From assembly GCF_963921235.1 (NCBI RefSeq), contig NC_086097.1, positions 111,602,001 to 111,666,000 on the forward strand: a DNA stretch of 64,000 nucleotides, given 5' to 3'. The DNA is from Mobula hypostoma (lineage: Eukaryota). Under the pieces are notes generated by a model, which made no database searches, was not told where the DNA came from, and saw only the letters and a program-made list of their open reading frames with translations. This document shows, piece after piece, positions 1 through 13,055 of this stretch. Numbering within the stretch: position 1 is the stretch's first letter; the number at the start of each line of letters is the position of its first letter. A program made the translations under genes and the position numbers.

Positions 1-127
1 ACAGCCTTCACAAGAGCAAGGGTGAACCTGTGGATATTTGATGAAAACAAAGGAAAACGTGCCCCAGCCTTTGAATACTTCATCAAAGGACATTTTGTCA
101 ATGTTGTCAAAACCAATGAAGATAAAG
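1..127 (+). CDS. TRANK1: TRANK1 coding exon, 5'-truncated by the window edge; end of the UvrD-like helicase domain (motif VI)
   Basis: Translates TAFTRARVNLWIFDENKGKRAPAFEYFIKGHFVNVVKTNEDK, matching recalled TRANK1 TAITRARVNLWIFDEN..KRAPAF. GT donor at 128, phase 1. Confidence 0.92.
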
Positions 128-249
128 GTAGGAAAACAGTTGTAGAGGATAAAGTAGGTCATATCTCTTAGTATATTTATTAAGGAAGGGTATCTGCAGA
201 CCAAAAGGCTCAAAGATGATCCTGCCAAATACTTCAATTTAATTATCAG

Positions 250-568
250 GACCATTATGTGTTGGCGCGTGGCCAAGTAGTTAAGGCATTTGTCTAGTGA
301 TCTAAAGGTCGCTAGTTTGAGCCTCAGCTGAGGCAGCGTGTTGTGTCCTTGAGCAAGGCACTTAACCACACATTGCTCTGCGACGACACCGGTGCCAAGC
401 TGTATCGGCCCTAGTGCCCTTCCCTTGGATAACATCAGTGGCGTGGAGAGGGGAGACTTGCAGCTTGGGCAACTGCCGGTCTTCCATACAACCTTGCCCA
501 GGCCTGCACTCTGGAAACCTTCCAAGGCGCAAAGCCATGGTCTCACGAGACTAACGGATGCCTATATA
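250..568 (+). mobile_element. tRNA-derived SINE with 10-bp target-site duplication
   Basis: Box A-like tggccaagtagttaagg, box B-like agtttgagcc, CORE-like gtgtccttgagcaaggcacttaacc, (ta)n tail. TSD taattatcag at 240-249 and 569-578. Confidence 0.8.
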
Positions 569-631
569 TAATTATCAGAACAGAAGAATAGAGAAAAACC
601 TAAACTTTACATGTTTCTCATTGTAATGACT

Positions 632-2130
632 TCATAGAGTCATAAAGTTAAGCTCACCACATCTGTTTTGACTCTTGTGCCTAAACCCACTTGCCTGCAT
701 GAGTTAATTCTTTGATCATTCAAGTATCTGTCAAGATGCCTGTTAAATGGTGTTACTGCTCCTGTCTCCAATACCTCCTTTGGCAGCTCATTCCAGATAC
801 CAACTATGCTTTGCATGGCAGATTTACCCCTCAGACCCCTTTAAAGCTCTTCTACTTCTAGATATCCCTACCATTTGAAACAGACTCCGGCTATCAACTC
901 AATCTGTGTTTCTCATAACTTTATATACCTCTATCAAATCATCTCCCAGCTTCTTTCACTCCAAGGAAAATGAGATGAGCCTACCCAAACTCTCCTGATA
1001 ACTCAAGTCCTCTGAACCAGGTAGCATCCTTGTGCATCTTTTCTGCACTCTTTCTAGCTTAATCACATCCTCCTTATAATATTGTAGACAGTACTGCAAT
1101 GCAGCCTAGTCAGTGGTCTGTTGCAATAGAATTGTACAACAAAGAAACAGACCCTTCAGTCCTTCTGGTCCATTTACATCTATTCTAGTTCTATTTGTCA
1201 GTATTCAGCCCATTTCTCTCTGAACCTTTCCTACTTGTGCAACTGTCTTTTAAAATGTGCGTTTGTACCTGCCTCCACCACTTCCTGCAGCAGCTTGTCT
1301 CACATGTATACCACCCTTTGTGTTTAAAAAAAAATACCCTCAAGTTCATATTAAATCTTCCCCCTCTCATATTAAACCTTAGTTGTCTTCTAGTTCTTGA
1401 TTGCCCAACCCTGGAAAAACACTGAGTGCATTCACCTATCCATGTCCCTTTTGATTTTATACACCTCTATAAGGATCCTCCCAGTCTCCTGTGCTCCATG
1501 GAATGAAGTCTTGGTCTGTCCAACCTCTCCCTATAAGTTAGTCCTTCAAGTATTGGCAACATCTTTCTGAATCTTTTATGCACTCTTTCCAGTTTTTTCC
1601 TATAGTGGAGTGACCAAAACTGAACTGAACCAAGTACTCCCAGGTTTTACACTCAGTTCCCTGACTGATGAAGCCTAGAGTGCCTTCTTCACTACCCTAC
1701 CTAACAGTGATTCCACTTTCAAGGAACCATGCACTTGATCTGTCCTACAACATTGCCTTGCACTTACCTGAATTAATCTGCATTTGCCATTTTTAGCTCA
1801 CGTGCTCTGCTGGTCAATACTTCCGTGTAATTTTTGATAACCACCCACACTATCCACTACGCCACCTGTTTTAGTGTGATTTGCAAACTTATTAAACGTG
1901 CCTTATTAATTGTAATAAATCATTTATATAGATGACAGAAAACAATGGGCGCAAGGCTGACTTCCGAGGCAGACAACTAGTTATGGGCCTCAAATCAGCC
2001 AATCCCCTTTGGCTTTCTACCATCAAGCCTACTGTGTATCTTCCATGGATTCATGCAATCTAACCTCCCAGAGCAGCATACCATGTGAAATCTTATAAAA
2101 GGCCTTACTAAAATCTATATAGACCACTGT
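632..2130 (-). mobile_element. Old degenerate CR1 LINE 3' fragments
   Basis: Reverse complement resembles the 3' ORF2/UTR of intact CR1 copies in the window (e.g. gaccaaaactg..actcc, tttgcaaactt). No long ORF. Confidence 0.55.
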
Positions 2131-2184
2131 AATCTGATGTGCCAGCTGTTATAAATGATAAATATTCTGAAATCAAATTCCTTG

Positions 2185-2350
2185 GGTGCTCCAGTTTCCT
2201 CCCACAGTTCAAAGACGTACCAGATGGAGTTAATTGGTCATTGTAAGTTGTCCTGTGATTAGGGAAAGGTTAAATCGGGGGCTGCTGGGCAGCGCAGCTC
2301 AAAGAGCTAGAAGCGCCTATTCCAGGCTATATCTCAATTATTAAATAAAA
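2185..2350 (+). mobile_element. V-SINE (HE1-like) 3' fragment
   Basis: V-domain motif gggtgctccagtttcctcccacagttcaaagacgtac, followed by ttaattggtcattgtaagttgtcc and an A-rich end. Confidence 0.65.
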
Positions 2351-2731
2351 ATTCAGTTGCCAGGATAAAGCAGAAAATTCTGGAAATATAGAATAGGTCA
2401 GGCAGCATTTATAAAGAAAGTAACAAGGTTCATATTTCAGGTTAGTGACCATTCATCTGTGGGAGAAGTGAGTTATTCTATCCCACACTACCTTGCAAAC
2501 TTGAGCCCATGCCCTCTGGCTTAAAGAAGAGACCTGCTAGTTGAACTAGCGGATAATGGTGTACAGTACAGTACAGTACAAAGCACCTTCACTTGTCATG
2601 TGAAATAAGCTTCTGCTTCTTTCCAAATGATTGGAGTACTGTATTGTCTTGATACCAATATATTGAAAAGTTGATATCTCTTATCGGGGTAAAGTGGGCT
2701 GCTGTTCATCTGAAATAATTTCCTTTTGCAG

Positions 2732-2820
2732 AGCTCGATGACAGCATGTTTGTTAAAACTTCGACAAAACAAGAATGGACAGAAAGAGGCGACTACTTTG
2801 CAAAACATCAGTGTTGGAAG
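2732..2820 (+). CDS. TRANK1: TRANK1 coding exon (89 bp)
   Basis: Acceptor tttccttttgcag, donor aag|gtgaga. Encodes (E)LDDSMFVKTSTKQEWTERGDYFAKHQCWK; phase 1 to 0. Confidence 0.93.
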
Positions 2821-4014
2821 GTGAGAGCTAAAATTTTCATCAAATTGTGAACCTTGGTTTGTGGCTTGCAATGAATCTACAAACGTCTACAAGCTGTGTT
2901 CTCAAATTCCATTATTTTATAATCCAGTGTATATAAACTGAAGATTTATGTAGAAACACGGAGAATAGGACAGGAATGGGCCATTTGGTCCTTTGAACTT
3001 GCTCTGTCTGAGTAACTATTCCAATGTGCTCTGGCATGAAGCCTTTCTTATCTCTGACCTTAAATATAGTCAGTGACTTGTTCTTCATAGCCCCTCCGTA
3101 AGCAGCAAATGCACAAGTTCTACCACCCATTGACATCATCTTCCATCTTCATAAAGCCATTTGATTTCTCATTCAAGGTACCTTGCCCAGTGGAAATATC
3201 CTGCTGTATCCGGTCTTTTTAGCCCTATTAGAATTTTGAAATTTCTCTTTGATCCACTTATTGTTTTTCTAAGCTCTTATGGTTACCAACCTAGTCAGCC
3301 TAATCACTTCTCATATTGCACTTCGACAGTTCCAGGACTCAGTCTAGTGAACGATAGTTGCACTCCGTCTGATGACAAATATACCTTTAAAGGAGATGAA
3401 AACTGCATGTAAGTCTCCAAATGTGGATTCAGCAAGGCTGTTTGAAAACGTGGGAAGAAGACGCTTTGCTCCTTTTCTTAAATCCTGTTATGAGGAAGGT
3501 TAATAAACCATTTGCTTTCTTTACCACTTGCTATACCTACATGTGTGCAAGAACAGCCAAATCTCTATCTGCATTGACATTTTCTAGCCTTACATCATTT
3601 AAAAATACACAATATTTTTATTTTTTCTACCGAAGTGGGAAAGTTCACATTGATCCATGCCATTCCTCATCTGCCATGTTCTTGCCCACTCACTCACTAT
3701 CTCAGTTGCCCAGAAGTCTCTTCTCTTGTCCTCACAGTTTGCAGGATACTGTAGTAGAAATGCTGCCTCTAAACAGAACAGTACAGCACAGTATGGGCCC
3801 TTATGGCCACAATGTTGTGTCTACCTATGTAAACCTACTCCACAATCAATCTAACCTTTCCCTCCTACACAGCCCATAGCCCTCCATTTTTCTTATATCC
3901 GCCTTTAAAGCGCCTTTAAAATGTTCCTATTGTATCAACCTCTGTCACCATGCTTGGCTCAAAGTTAGGGTTCTCTCCTTCACCCTGTCTCTATCCCACA
4001 CTCTCTAAAACATT

Positions 4015-4568
4015 ATGGGGTTCTCCATTGGTGGGGGTCAACTATGGATGTTGCCTCCCAGCTGTCACGATACACAAGCTAGGGCAGTACAATATGGAGA
4101 GCAAGTTGTTGCCCATATAGTAAGCTCCCCCTCTCCATACAGCTGGTGAATCCAAAGGAATGGCAGAGACCAATACAGTTAGGCACCAGGTGAGTCACAG
4201 GGGTTGCCAGTCAGTGCTGAACTGAACGTTGGCATACAGTTCTGAATTTCTCTGTGGGGTTTACTCCCAAAGCCTTCCCCATGAATAGGTATAGCGCAAG
4301 GCAGCAGAGGTTTGAGATCAGAGTTTTCCTTCTCTTAGATGAGCTGACAAACCCCATCTGCCCGAAGGAACTGATTTTAAGATCTCAGTAACCCCCTTTG
4401 CCCCTTCTCCAGTCAGTAGAAACTGACCTGCTGGGCTTAGTAGCTGAGTCGTACATGAAGACCAGGACCTGAAGTTGGTTGTCAGAGGCTATTTCAGGCA
4501 CATTGGTAGCATTTAATAGGTAGTGAGAGCTTATCCCCACTACCACCACTGGCTATAACAACCTTAAC
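4015..4568 (-). mobile_element. Short non-autonomous retroelement, probably RTE-related
   Basis: Reverse complement shares a module of about 110 bp with the SINE at 250-568, and contains ctcatctaagagaaggaaaactctgatctcaaacc, recalled from RTE-associated repeats. Confidence 0.5.
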
Positions 4569-5851
4569 GAATCCTATAATAATATAAACATAAAAAAATT
4601 AACAGCTAGTGAATTTACCACTATAATGTAAGAAGTAATGAAATGGATATCTCCAAGTATTAGAAGGACCTGGGGAAATGCCTCTGGGGTTAAAAGTCTC
4701 TGGTTCCTCCAAACATTTTGCAACTGCCAAACTGTTTCTCAAATTACTCAAACACTTTGATCAATTCAGAGCATGAGAAACATCAGTCAATGTCTACACT
4801 ACATCTTTGTCTTGGACTGAAAGTTCCCTTTGCCTCCTTCAACAATTGATGGAATCTGCTCAGGATCTGTCTATGTGGAAGTGTGAAAATGAGGTAAAAA
4901 TGAAGCCTTTTCCAGATCAACTTATCACAAATTAGATTCTTTATTTTCATTTGTCACATGAAATAAACAGGTTTACCAATACTTCAGTAAAATGTTAGAA
5001 TTTATTGTATCGTGTTGAAATAAAATGTAAGCCAACAACACCTTGTTTAATTCACAGTAGTGTTAAGAAGTTGCTCTGAAAGTAAAATCTTACCTCACTT
5101 CGGCTAACATTTCTTTTAACAAACTAAAGAGCAATGTTTAGTCCTGGATGGACGGCGAAATAGAGCAGTAATTTCTCTGATCAGACTGGCTGTGTATTTC
5201 CTGTATTTCCTCATTCTGCCTTTCTCACATTATATACTGAGACCAGAAACTACCCTCTCAATTTCAGCAGTGTTCAGTGAAGTAAACTTTCTGAATGTAG
5301 TTATTATGAATGGTCCACAAAAAAGATCTGAGAACTTACAATTCCTTAAATTTGACATGGCATGACGGAAGTAGCTTGTCAATATTGGCTCTAATGTACA
5401 ATTTCCAGCACTTTGACATTTTCAACCATTTGAAAGCATTTTCAAATATTTGCTAAGAAAAATAACTACCGACACAAATGACTTTGCAATGTGAAATGTT
5501 CTAGTAGCCAAGTTAGAAGCAGCTCTAAAAACAACCTTGGTGGCTGAAGCTCTGGAATTCTGTCCATAATTCTCTCTCAAGATGTTCTTTAAGCATGCAT
5601 CTTTGACCGAGCCAGTGGCTACTTTTTCCCAGTCTCAAAGCACTGTTTCATTGCATTTATGGCTGTTTTGCTAAAATGAAGATGATTATTGAAGGTAATT
5701 TTATTCTGTTGAGGCACATGGTTTTCAATATGTTGATGCATGTAGCGTTTTAACTGTCCAGTAGCATGGAAATTAGTTTTATATTTGAGTTACTTATAAT
5801 TACGTTGTCAATTTCCTGCAATGTGTATAAGCTCCATTTATAACTTCATAG

Positions 5852-5955
5852 GTTGCTGCCAAATGCTATCAGAAGGGTGGAGAGTTGGAAAAAGAGAAAC
5901 TAGCACAAGCTCATGATGCTGTTCTCAATGTACAAGTCAAGAAAAAAAGCTCAAG
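5852..5955 (+). CDS. TRANK1: TRANK1 coding exon (104 bp)
   Basis: Acceptor cttcatag, donor ag|gtaagc. Encodes VAAKCYQKGGELEKEKLAQAHDAVLNVQVKKKSS(R); phase 0 to 2. Confidence 0.93.
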
Positions 5956-6580
5956 GTAAGCCCTGTTGGTTTTCATATTGACAATATTAGTGCCCATCTT
6001 TATGATGTGGTGTATCATCCTCTGTGCTGACCGCAAATCAAGAATCAACATTTGAATTCTGCTTCAGTACATTACTTTTTAAATACGGTTATTTCTGCTT
6101 GGTCCTGAATAATTTTCCCCTGTCAAAGCTACTTTGGTACCTTTTTGTATGTATATGTTTTACCAGCCAGTAGATCAACCTCCTTGTTTGGAAGTTCCTA
6201 ATTTGGTTTAATTCAAATCTAGCCATAAGCTTTTTATTTTATTTCTTTTGGGAAAATGATTATCTTTGGCAAGGTTCTCATTTACTGCTGATCCTTAATT
6301 GCTCTTGAAAGATGCTGTTGGGTAGGAGGAAGGAAGTTCTGGAACTTTGAGCAGTAATACATTTCGTGGTCAGGATGGTGTATGACTTGGGGGCGGTGAT
6401 GTTCTAAGGCACCTGCTGCTCCTTTCTTTTATGGTAGTGTAAGTCATGTCATAGTAAACTGGTGAGTAACAGCAATGCATTTTGTAGCATCCATATACAG
6501 CAACAGTGTGATGGTTGAGCAGTATTCTGCTGCCATACTCATACTCTGCAATTCTCGCTCTTATGCTAAGACATGGGGCC

Positions 6581-7565
6581 AGAATTAGGTTTATTGTCAC
6601 AAACATATGTCATGAACTTTGTTATTTTGTAGTACAGTACATAAAAATGCTAAATTACAACAATATATATTTTCAAAAATTTTAATTCAATAAATAGTAT
6701 CCTGCAAAAAGAGAGGGAAAATAGTGAGGTATTGTTCATGGATTCATTGACCATTCAGAAATGTGAAGTCAGAGGGGAAGAAATTGGTCCCAAAGCTCTT
6801 GAGTGTGTGTCTTCAGGCTCCTGTACCTCCTCTCTGATGGTAGTAATGAGAAAAGGGCATGTTCTGGCTGATGGGGTACTTAATCATGGATGACACCTTT
6901 TGAAGGTGTCCTCGATAGTAGGGTGGCTGGTGCCCATGACACAGCTGACTGAGTTTACAACGTTCTGCGCTTGCCTTCTTCATAATTGCTTCAATAAGTT
7001 GTACCCAAGATGGAACCTGTGAGTTGCTGACACCCAGGAACTTGAAACCACTAATCCTTTCCACTACTGACCCCTTGATGAGGACTGATGTATGTTCCCT
7101 CGACTTCTTCCTGAAGTCGACAATTAATTACTTGGTCTCTCTGACGTTGAGTACAAGGTTATTGTTGCAACACCACTCAGCCAGCCTATTATCTCACTCT
7201 TGTATGCCTCCTCATCACCATCTGAGATTCTGCATACAGTAGTTGTGTCATCAACAGATTTATAGATGGTGTTTGCGCTGTACCTAGCTACACACTCATG
7301 GGTGTCGAATGAATAGAGCATTGGGCTAAGCATGCATCCTTGAGGTGCACCGGTCCTGATTGTCAGTGAGGAGGAGATGCTATTCCTGATCTGCACTGAC
7401 CATGGCTCCCGATGTGGAAGTCCACGATCAAGTTGCCGACGGAGGAACGTAGACTCAGGTTTTGAAGCTTGTTGATTAATACTGAAGGAATGATGGTGTG
7501 GAACACTGAGCTGTAATCAATAAACAGCAGCCAAAATAATGTTGGTCCAAAGCCAAGTGGAGAGT
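6581..7565 (-). mobile_element. Rex1/Babar-type LINE 3' fragment
   Basis: Minus-strand ORF pieces TGAPQGCMLSPMLYS..THEC..IYKSVDDTT and FKFLGV, homologous to the RT at 49328-50590. Confidence 0.75.
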
Positions 7566-7999
7566 CAACGAGTTATATAACATTCCTATTTCTGCATATT
7601 TACGTGCCTATCTAAAATTGTCTTAAACTCTCCTATGCTCTCTGCCTTTACCACCACCCTAGCAGTACATTCCAGGCCCACATCACTCTCTGTGTCAATC
7701 AATCAATCAATTAAATAAATGACTGACTGACTAACTTGCCCCACACAGCTCACTTGTACTTTCACACTCTCAACATAAATACATGCCTTCCAGTGCTAAA
7801 CATTTCAGATCTGGGGAAAAGGTACTGGTTGTACACCAATGGCACACATAGTTTTATAAATTTTATCAAATCTTCCTTCAGCCTCCGCTGCCCCAGCTGG
7901 TCTGACATCTCTTCATAGCAAGTCCTTCAAAGCAAGCAGCATCCTGGTAAATCTCCTCTGCACCTTAACCAAAGCCTCCACACCCATAATTGGGCAACC

Positions 8000-9979
8000 G
8001 TGGAGGCCGTGGCTGACAAGGGAAGTAAAGGACAGTATAAAAATAAAAGGGAAGAAGTATAACATAGCAAAGATGAGCGGGAAGCCAGAGGACTGGGAAA
8101 CTTAAAGAGCAACAGAAGATAACTAAAAAGGCAATACAGGGAGAAAAGATGAGGTAAGCCAGCCAAGAATATAAAGGAGGATAGTAAAAGCTTCTTTAGG
8201 TATGTGAAAAGGAAAGAAATAAGTTAAGGGGTGAATTTATTATGGGGAACAAGGAAATGGCAGACGAGTTGAACAGGTACTTTGGATCTGTCTTCACTAG
8301 GGAAGACACAAACGATCTCCCAGATATAATAGTGGCCAAAGGACCTAGGGTAATGGATGAACTGAAGGAAATTTATATTAGGCAAGAAATGGTGTTGGAT
8401 AGACTGTTGGGTCTGAAGGCTGATAAGTCCCCAGGACCTGATGGTCTGCATCCCAGGGTACTTAAGGAGGTGGCTTTAGAAATCGTGGACGCACTGGTAA
8501 TCATTTTCCAATGTTCTATAGATTCAGGATCAGTTCCTGTGGATTGGAGGGTGGCTAATGTTGTCCCATTTCTCAAGAAGGGAGGAAGAGAGAAAACAGG
8601 GAATTATAGACCGGTTAGCCTGCCGTCAGTGGTGGGAAAGATGTTGGAGTCAATTATAAAAGATGAAATTACGACACATCTGGATAGAAGTAACAGCATT
8701 GGTCCGAGTCAGCATGGATTTACGAAGGGGAAATCGTGCTTAACTAATCTTCTGGAATTTTTTGAGGATGTAACTATGAAAATGGACAGGGGAGAGTCAG
8801 TACCTGGACTTTCAGAAAGCCTTTGATAAAATTCCACATAGGAGATTAGTGGGCAAAATTAGGGCACATGGTATTGGGAGCAGAGTACTGACATGGATTG
8901 AAAATTGGCTGGCCGACAGAAAACAAAGAGTAGCGATTAACGGGTCCCTTTCGGAATGGCAGGCGGTGACCAGTGGGGAACCGCAGGGTTCAGTGCTAAG
9001 ACCACAGCTGTTTACAATATATATTAATGATTTAGATGAGGGAATTAAAAGTAACATTAGCAAATACACAAAGCTGGGTGGCAGTGTGAAATGTGAGGAG
9101 GATGTTATGAGAATACAGGGTGACTTGGACAGGCTGGGTGAGTGGGCAGATGCATGGCAGATGCAGTTTAAGGTGGATAAATGTGAGGTTATCCACTTTG
9201 GTGGTAAGAACGGGAAGGCAGATTATTATCTAAATGAAGTCAAGTTAGGAAAAGGGGAAGTACAACGAGATCTAGGTGTTCTTGTATATCGGTCACTGAA
9301 AGCAAGCATGCAGGTACAGCAGGCAGTGAAGAAAGCTAATGGCATGCTGGCCTTCATAACAAGGGGAATTGAGTATAGGAGCAAAGAGGTCCATTTGCAG
9401 CTGTACAGGGCCCTGGTGAGACTACACCTGGAGTATTGTGTGCAGTTTTGGTCTCCAAATTTGAGGAAGGACATTCCTGCTATTGAGGGAGTGCAGCGTA
9501 GGTTCACAAGGTTAATTCCCGGGATGGCATGACTGTCATATGTTGAAAGATTGGAGCGACTGGGCTTGTATGATCTGGAATTTAGAAGGCTGAGAGGGGA
9601 TCTTATTGAAACATAAGATTATTAAGGGATTGGACACGCTGCAGGCAGGAAGCATGTTCCTGCTGATGGGTGAGTCCAGAACCAGAGGCCACAGTTTAAG
9701 AATAAGGGGTAGGCCATTTAGAACGGAGTTGAGGAAAAACTTTTTCACCCAGAGAGTGGTGGATATATGGAATGCTCTGCTCCAGAAGGCAGTGGAGGCC
9801 AAGTCTTTGGATGCTTTCAAGAAAGAGATGGCTAGAGCTCTTAAAGATGGCGGAATCAAAGGTTATGGGGAAAAGGCAGGAACTGGATACTGATTGTGGA
9901 TGATCAGCCATGATCACAATGAATGGCGGTGCTGACTCGAAGGGCTGAATGGCCTACTCCACCTATTGTCTATTGTCTA
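8000..9979 (+). mobile_element. CR1 LINE, 5'-truncated, frameshifted ORF2 RT, nested in an older minus-strand CR1
   Basis: ORFs 8242-8826, 8849-9532 and 9606-9893 (KSPGPDGLHPRVLKE, NYRPVSL, QHGFTKGKSCLTNL, PQGSVL, LEYCVQFWSP). Tail (ctattgt)n. Flanks rejoin into a minus-strand CR1. Confidence 0.92.
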
Positions 9980-11289
9980 AGACTGATCACAGTTTTCTAA
10001 GTGTGGCCTGACCAGAGTTTTATAAAGTTGTAACTTCCTGTCTCTTGAACTCACTGCCTCACCTAATAAAGGCAAGCAAGGCAGACACATTTTTTTGCCT
10101 TCCTATCTTCAAGTGCAGCCACTTTTAAGGAGACATATATGTGGACCCACTTTCATTAACTGTGTACTCTCCAGTTATGTTGAATCTCCCAAAGTGCAGC
10201 ACCTCACTTGGCCAGATTAAACTCCATCTGCTACTACTTTGCCTATATTAGCAACTGATCTATAACCTGCTGTAAACTATGCCAATCTTCTATGAAATTC
10301 ACAATGCTACCTTTGTGGTGTCTGCCAACTTACCCACCCTGCCACATTTTCATCCAAGTCATTTATAGCTATGCCAAATAGCAGAGGTTCCAGTTCTGAT
10401 CCCTACATATCACCCCTAGTCACAGACCTCTCCAGCATTAGACCCATCCACCAATACCCATTCTTCTATGGGCAAGCCAGTTTTTGATCAAGTAACAGTG
10501 GATCCCATCCATCCTCATTTTCTGGATGAGGGTACCATGCAGCACTTTGTGAAATGCCTTACTAAAGCTGATATATAAAGAAAATTTAACAGTTCTACCT
10601 CCTTCAATCACCTTCATCAACTTCTTAAAAAACTCAGTTAGATATGAAAGACATGACTTGCCCCTCACAAAGTTATACTGACTGTCCATAATTAGACCGT
10701 GCTTTCCAAGTGCTCTTAAATCTTACCCCTACAAATTCTCTCCATTATTTTCCCTACTACTGAAATGGGACTTGCCAGTCTAAATTTACATTCTTGAAAA
10801 AAGGAACAACATTAGTCACCCAGAAGCCCTGGTATCTGAAACCCGTACAGCTGGATTTCAAATAATCTCCACGTGTCACATATGGACTTACCCAAAAATA
10901 AACTCTTCCCAATTAACTTTCCCTAGCTCCTGTCTGATGCCCTCATAATTTCACCCCACCTCAATTTAATACTTTCTTGCAAGGTCCACTTTTATTCTTA
11001 TTCATAGCTATCTTAAAGATTAAGGAGTTTTGACCACCGTTTCCCAAGTATTCTCCCAGGTCAGCCACTTTGTCTTGCTCATTTTCTAGTACGCGATAAA
11101 GTGCAGCCCTCTCTTTAGCTGGACTACCCACATACTGCTTCAAAAAACCTTCTTGGACACACCCAACAAATTATGCTCCATCTAAACATTTTGTATGAAG
11201 GAGTTACCAGTCAGTGTTGGGGAAGTTGAAGTTACCTACAGTGATAACACTAGGGTCTTTCTTCGCTCCTTTCCATAATCAGCTTGTAT

Positions 11290-12060
11290 TTCTATTTGTG
11301 GGGTGTTGTACTTTGGGAAGTCAGATATACGTGGAAAGTATATAGAACAGCAGGGTATTGCTGTACAGAGGGATCTTGGGGTCCAAGTCCAAAGCTCACT
11401 TAAAGTGGCCACACAAATAGTTAAGGTGCGAAAGGTGTGTTGCATGTTTGCCTTCATTGGTCGGGGCATTCAGAATAAGAGTAAGGAAGCCATGTTGCAG
11501 GTTTATAAAAATTTGATTAGAACCTACTTGGAGTATTGTGTGCAATTCTGGTCACCCCATTAAATGAAGGATGTTAGACTTTGGAAAGGGTGTGGAAGAG
11601 GTTTCCAGGAAGTTGCCTGAATTAGAGGGTATGAGCTATAAGGAGAGGTAGGACAAACTTGGGTTATTTTCTCTGGCCTGTTGGAGGTTGAAGGGAGAGC
11701 TGACTGAAGTTTGTAAGGTCATGAGAGGTATAGAGAGGGTAGACAGTGAGAATCTCTTTCAATGGGTAAAAATGTCAAGTAATACAGGACACATTTAGGT
11801 GAGGGGGAGTGGGGAACGTTAAAAAGTGATGTGCAGCCGAAGTTTTTTTAAACACAGATAGTTAGTTGCCTGGACTATTGGCCTGGAGTAGTGGTGGATT
11901 CAGATATGATAAAGGCATTCAAGAGAGTGTTAGACATGTGAGCATGCAGAGAATGGAATCATTTATAGGCAGAAAAGTTTTAGTTTAATTCAGCAACATG
12001 TTTGGCACTGATAGTGTGGTCCAGGGGGCCTTTTCCTGTGCTGTACCAGTTTCTGTGTTA
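11290..12060 (+). mobile_element. Old CR1 3' fragment
   Basis: ORF 11303-11563 contains QRDLGVQV and LEYCVQFWSPH. Confidence 0.7.
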
Positions 12061-12560
12061 TACCTGAATCTCTCTCAACTGCACCAGCTTCTAAGCCATA
12101 CATTGAACTGAATTCTCTTCCTATTCACTACCTCGCTATCTTGAGGCACAGTGAGTAACTCAGAGATTACAACTCCAAAGTTCAAACTTACTACATAGCT
12201 TGCTAAATTATCCTCGCAGTATGCCAACTTCTTGTCAATGGCATTGATACGTATATGCAGCAAAGCCTCTGGTTGCTCACTCTCCACTTTCAGAATATCC
12301 TGTGCCTACTCAGAAACATTATTGACCCTGGCATCTGAGAGGCACTGCGTTATCCTCAAATCCCACTGGTGGCCACAGAAGTGCCCGTCAGTGCTCTGGT
12401 TAGAGAGTTCCTTATCACTGTTGCTCTCCTGGACTGTGTTTTATTCTGCTTTACAGTTGACCCAGCCATGGTGCCACTGAATCAGCTGATGGTGCTGTTT
12501 TCCCCAGACAGGCTGCTTCCACACCCCCCTCCCCCCAATAGTTTTCAAAATGGTATACTG
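12060..12560 (-). mobile_element. Old CR1 ORF1 (SGNH esterase) fragment
   Basis: Minus-strand peptide QPEALLHIRIN..VVISELLTVP..FNVWLRSWC resembles ORF1 at 61640-62104. Confidence 0.6.
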
Positions 12561-12922
12561 TTATAAGGTAGTTAGGAATGTTACCAGGAGAAAATGCTCA
12601 ATGTCAAATGCAAGAAGAAAACTTGTAAATGTATTTGGAAGTTACAGAGATAAAGTTCTGAAATGCATCTGACAATTTTGCTGCACAATTGTGCATATCA
12701 TTAGGGATAAACTCACTTTCACTGATAATCACCAAAGTATTTGGAGGGTAAGTACATTGATGAATGATTTCTTGGCACACAGTAATACTGAGCAGTAACT
12801 GAATCTATGGGGTTCGGAATGACATCTTTCTTACAGACTTTGTGAATTGCTGAAGTATTTCTTCAGTAAAAGGTATTTTTCCCCTATAAAGAGGAATAAA
12901 AATGCATTTTCTTACATTCCAG

Positions 12923-13055
12923 GGAAATTCAGATGGAATACCTTCAACTGGCTAAGACGTACCTGGAGTGCAAGGTTCCAAAACTCTCGCTGAAATGTTT
13001 GAGAAATGCAAAGGAGTTCAAACTTTGTGCTGAATTGCTTGAGAAATTAGGAAAG
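12923..13055 (+). CDS. TRANK1: TRANK1 coding exon (133 bp)
   Basis: Acceptor ttttcttacattccag, donor aag|gtacat. Encodes EIQMEYLQLAKTYLECKVPKLSLKCLRNAKEFKLCAELLEKLGK; phase 2 to 0. Confidence 0.93.

Noticed and set aside
250..340. Functional tRNA gene
   Set aside because: The A/B-box-like head continues directly into a SINE body with tail and TSD; no convincing cloverleaf or terminator.
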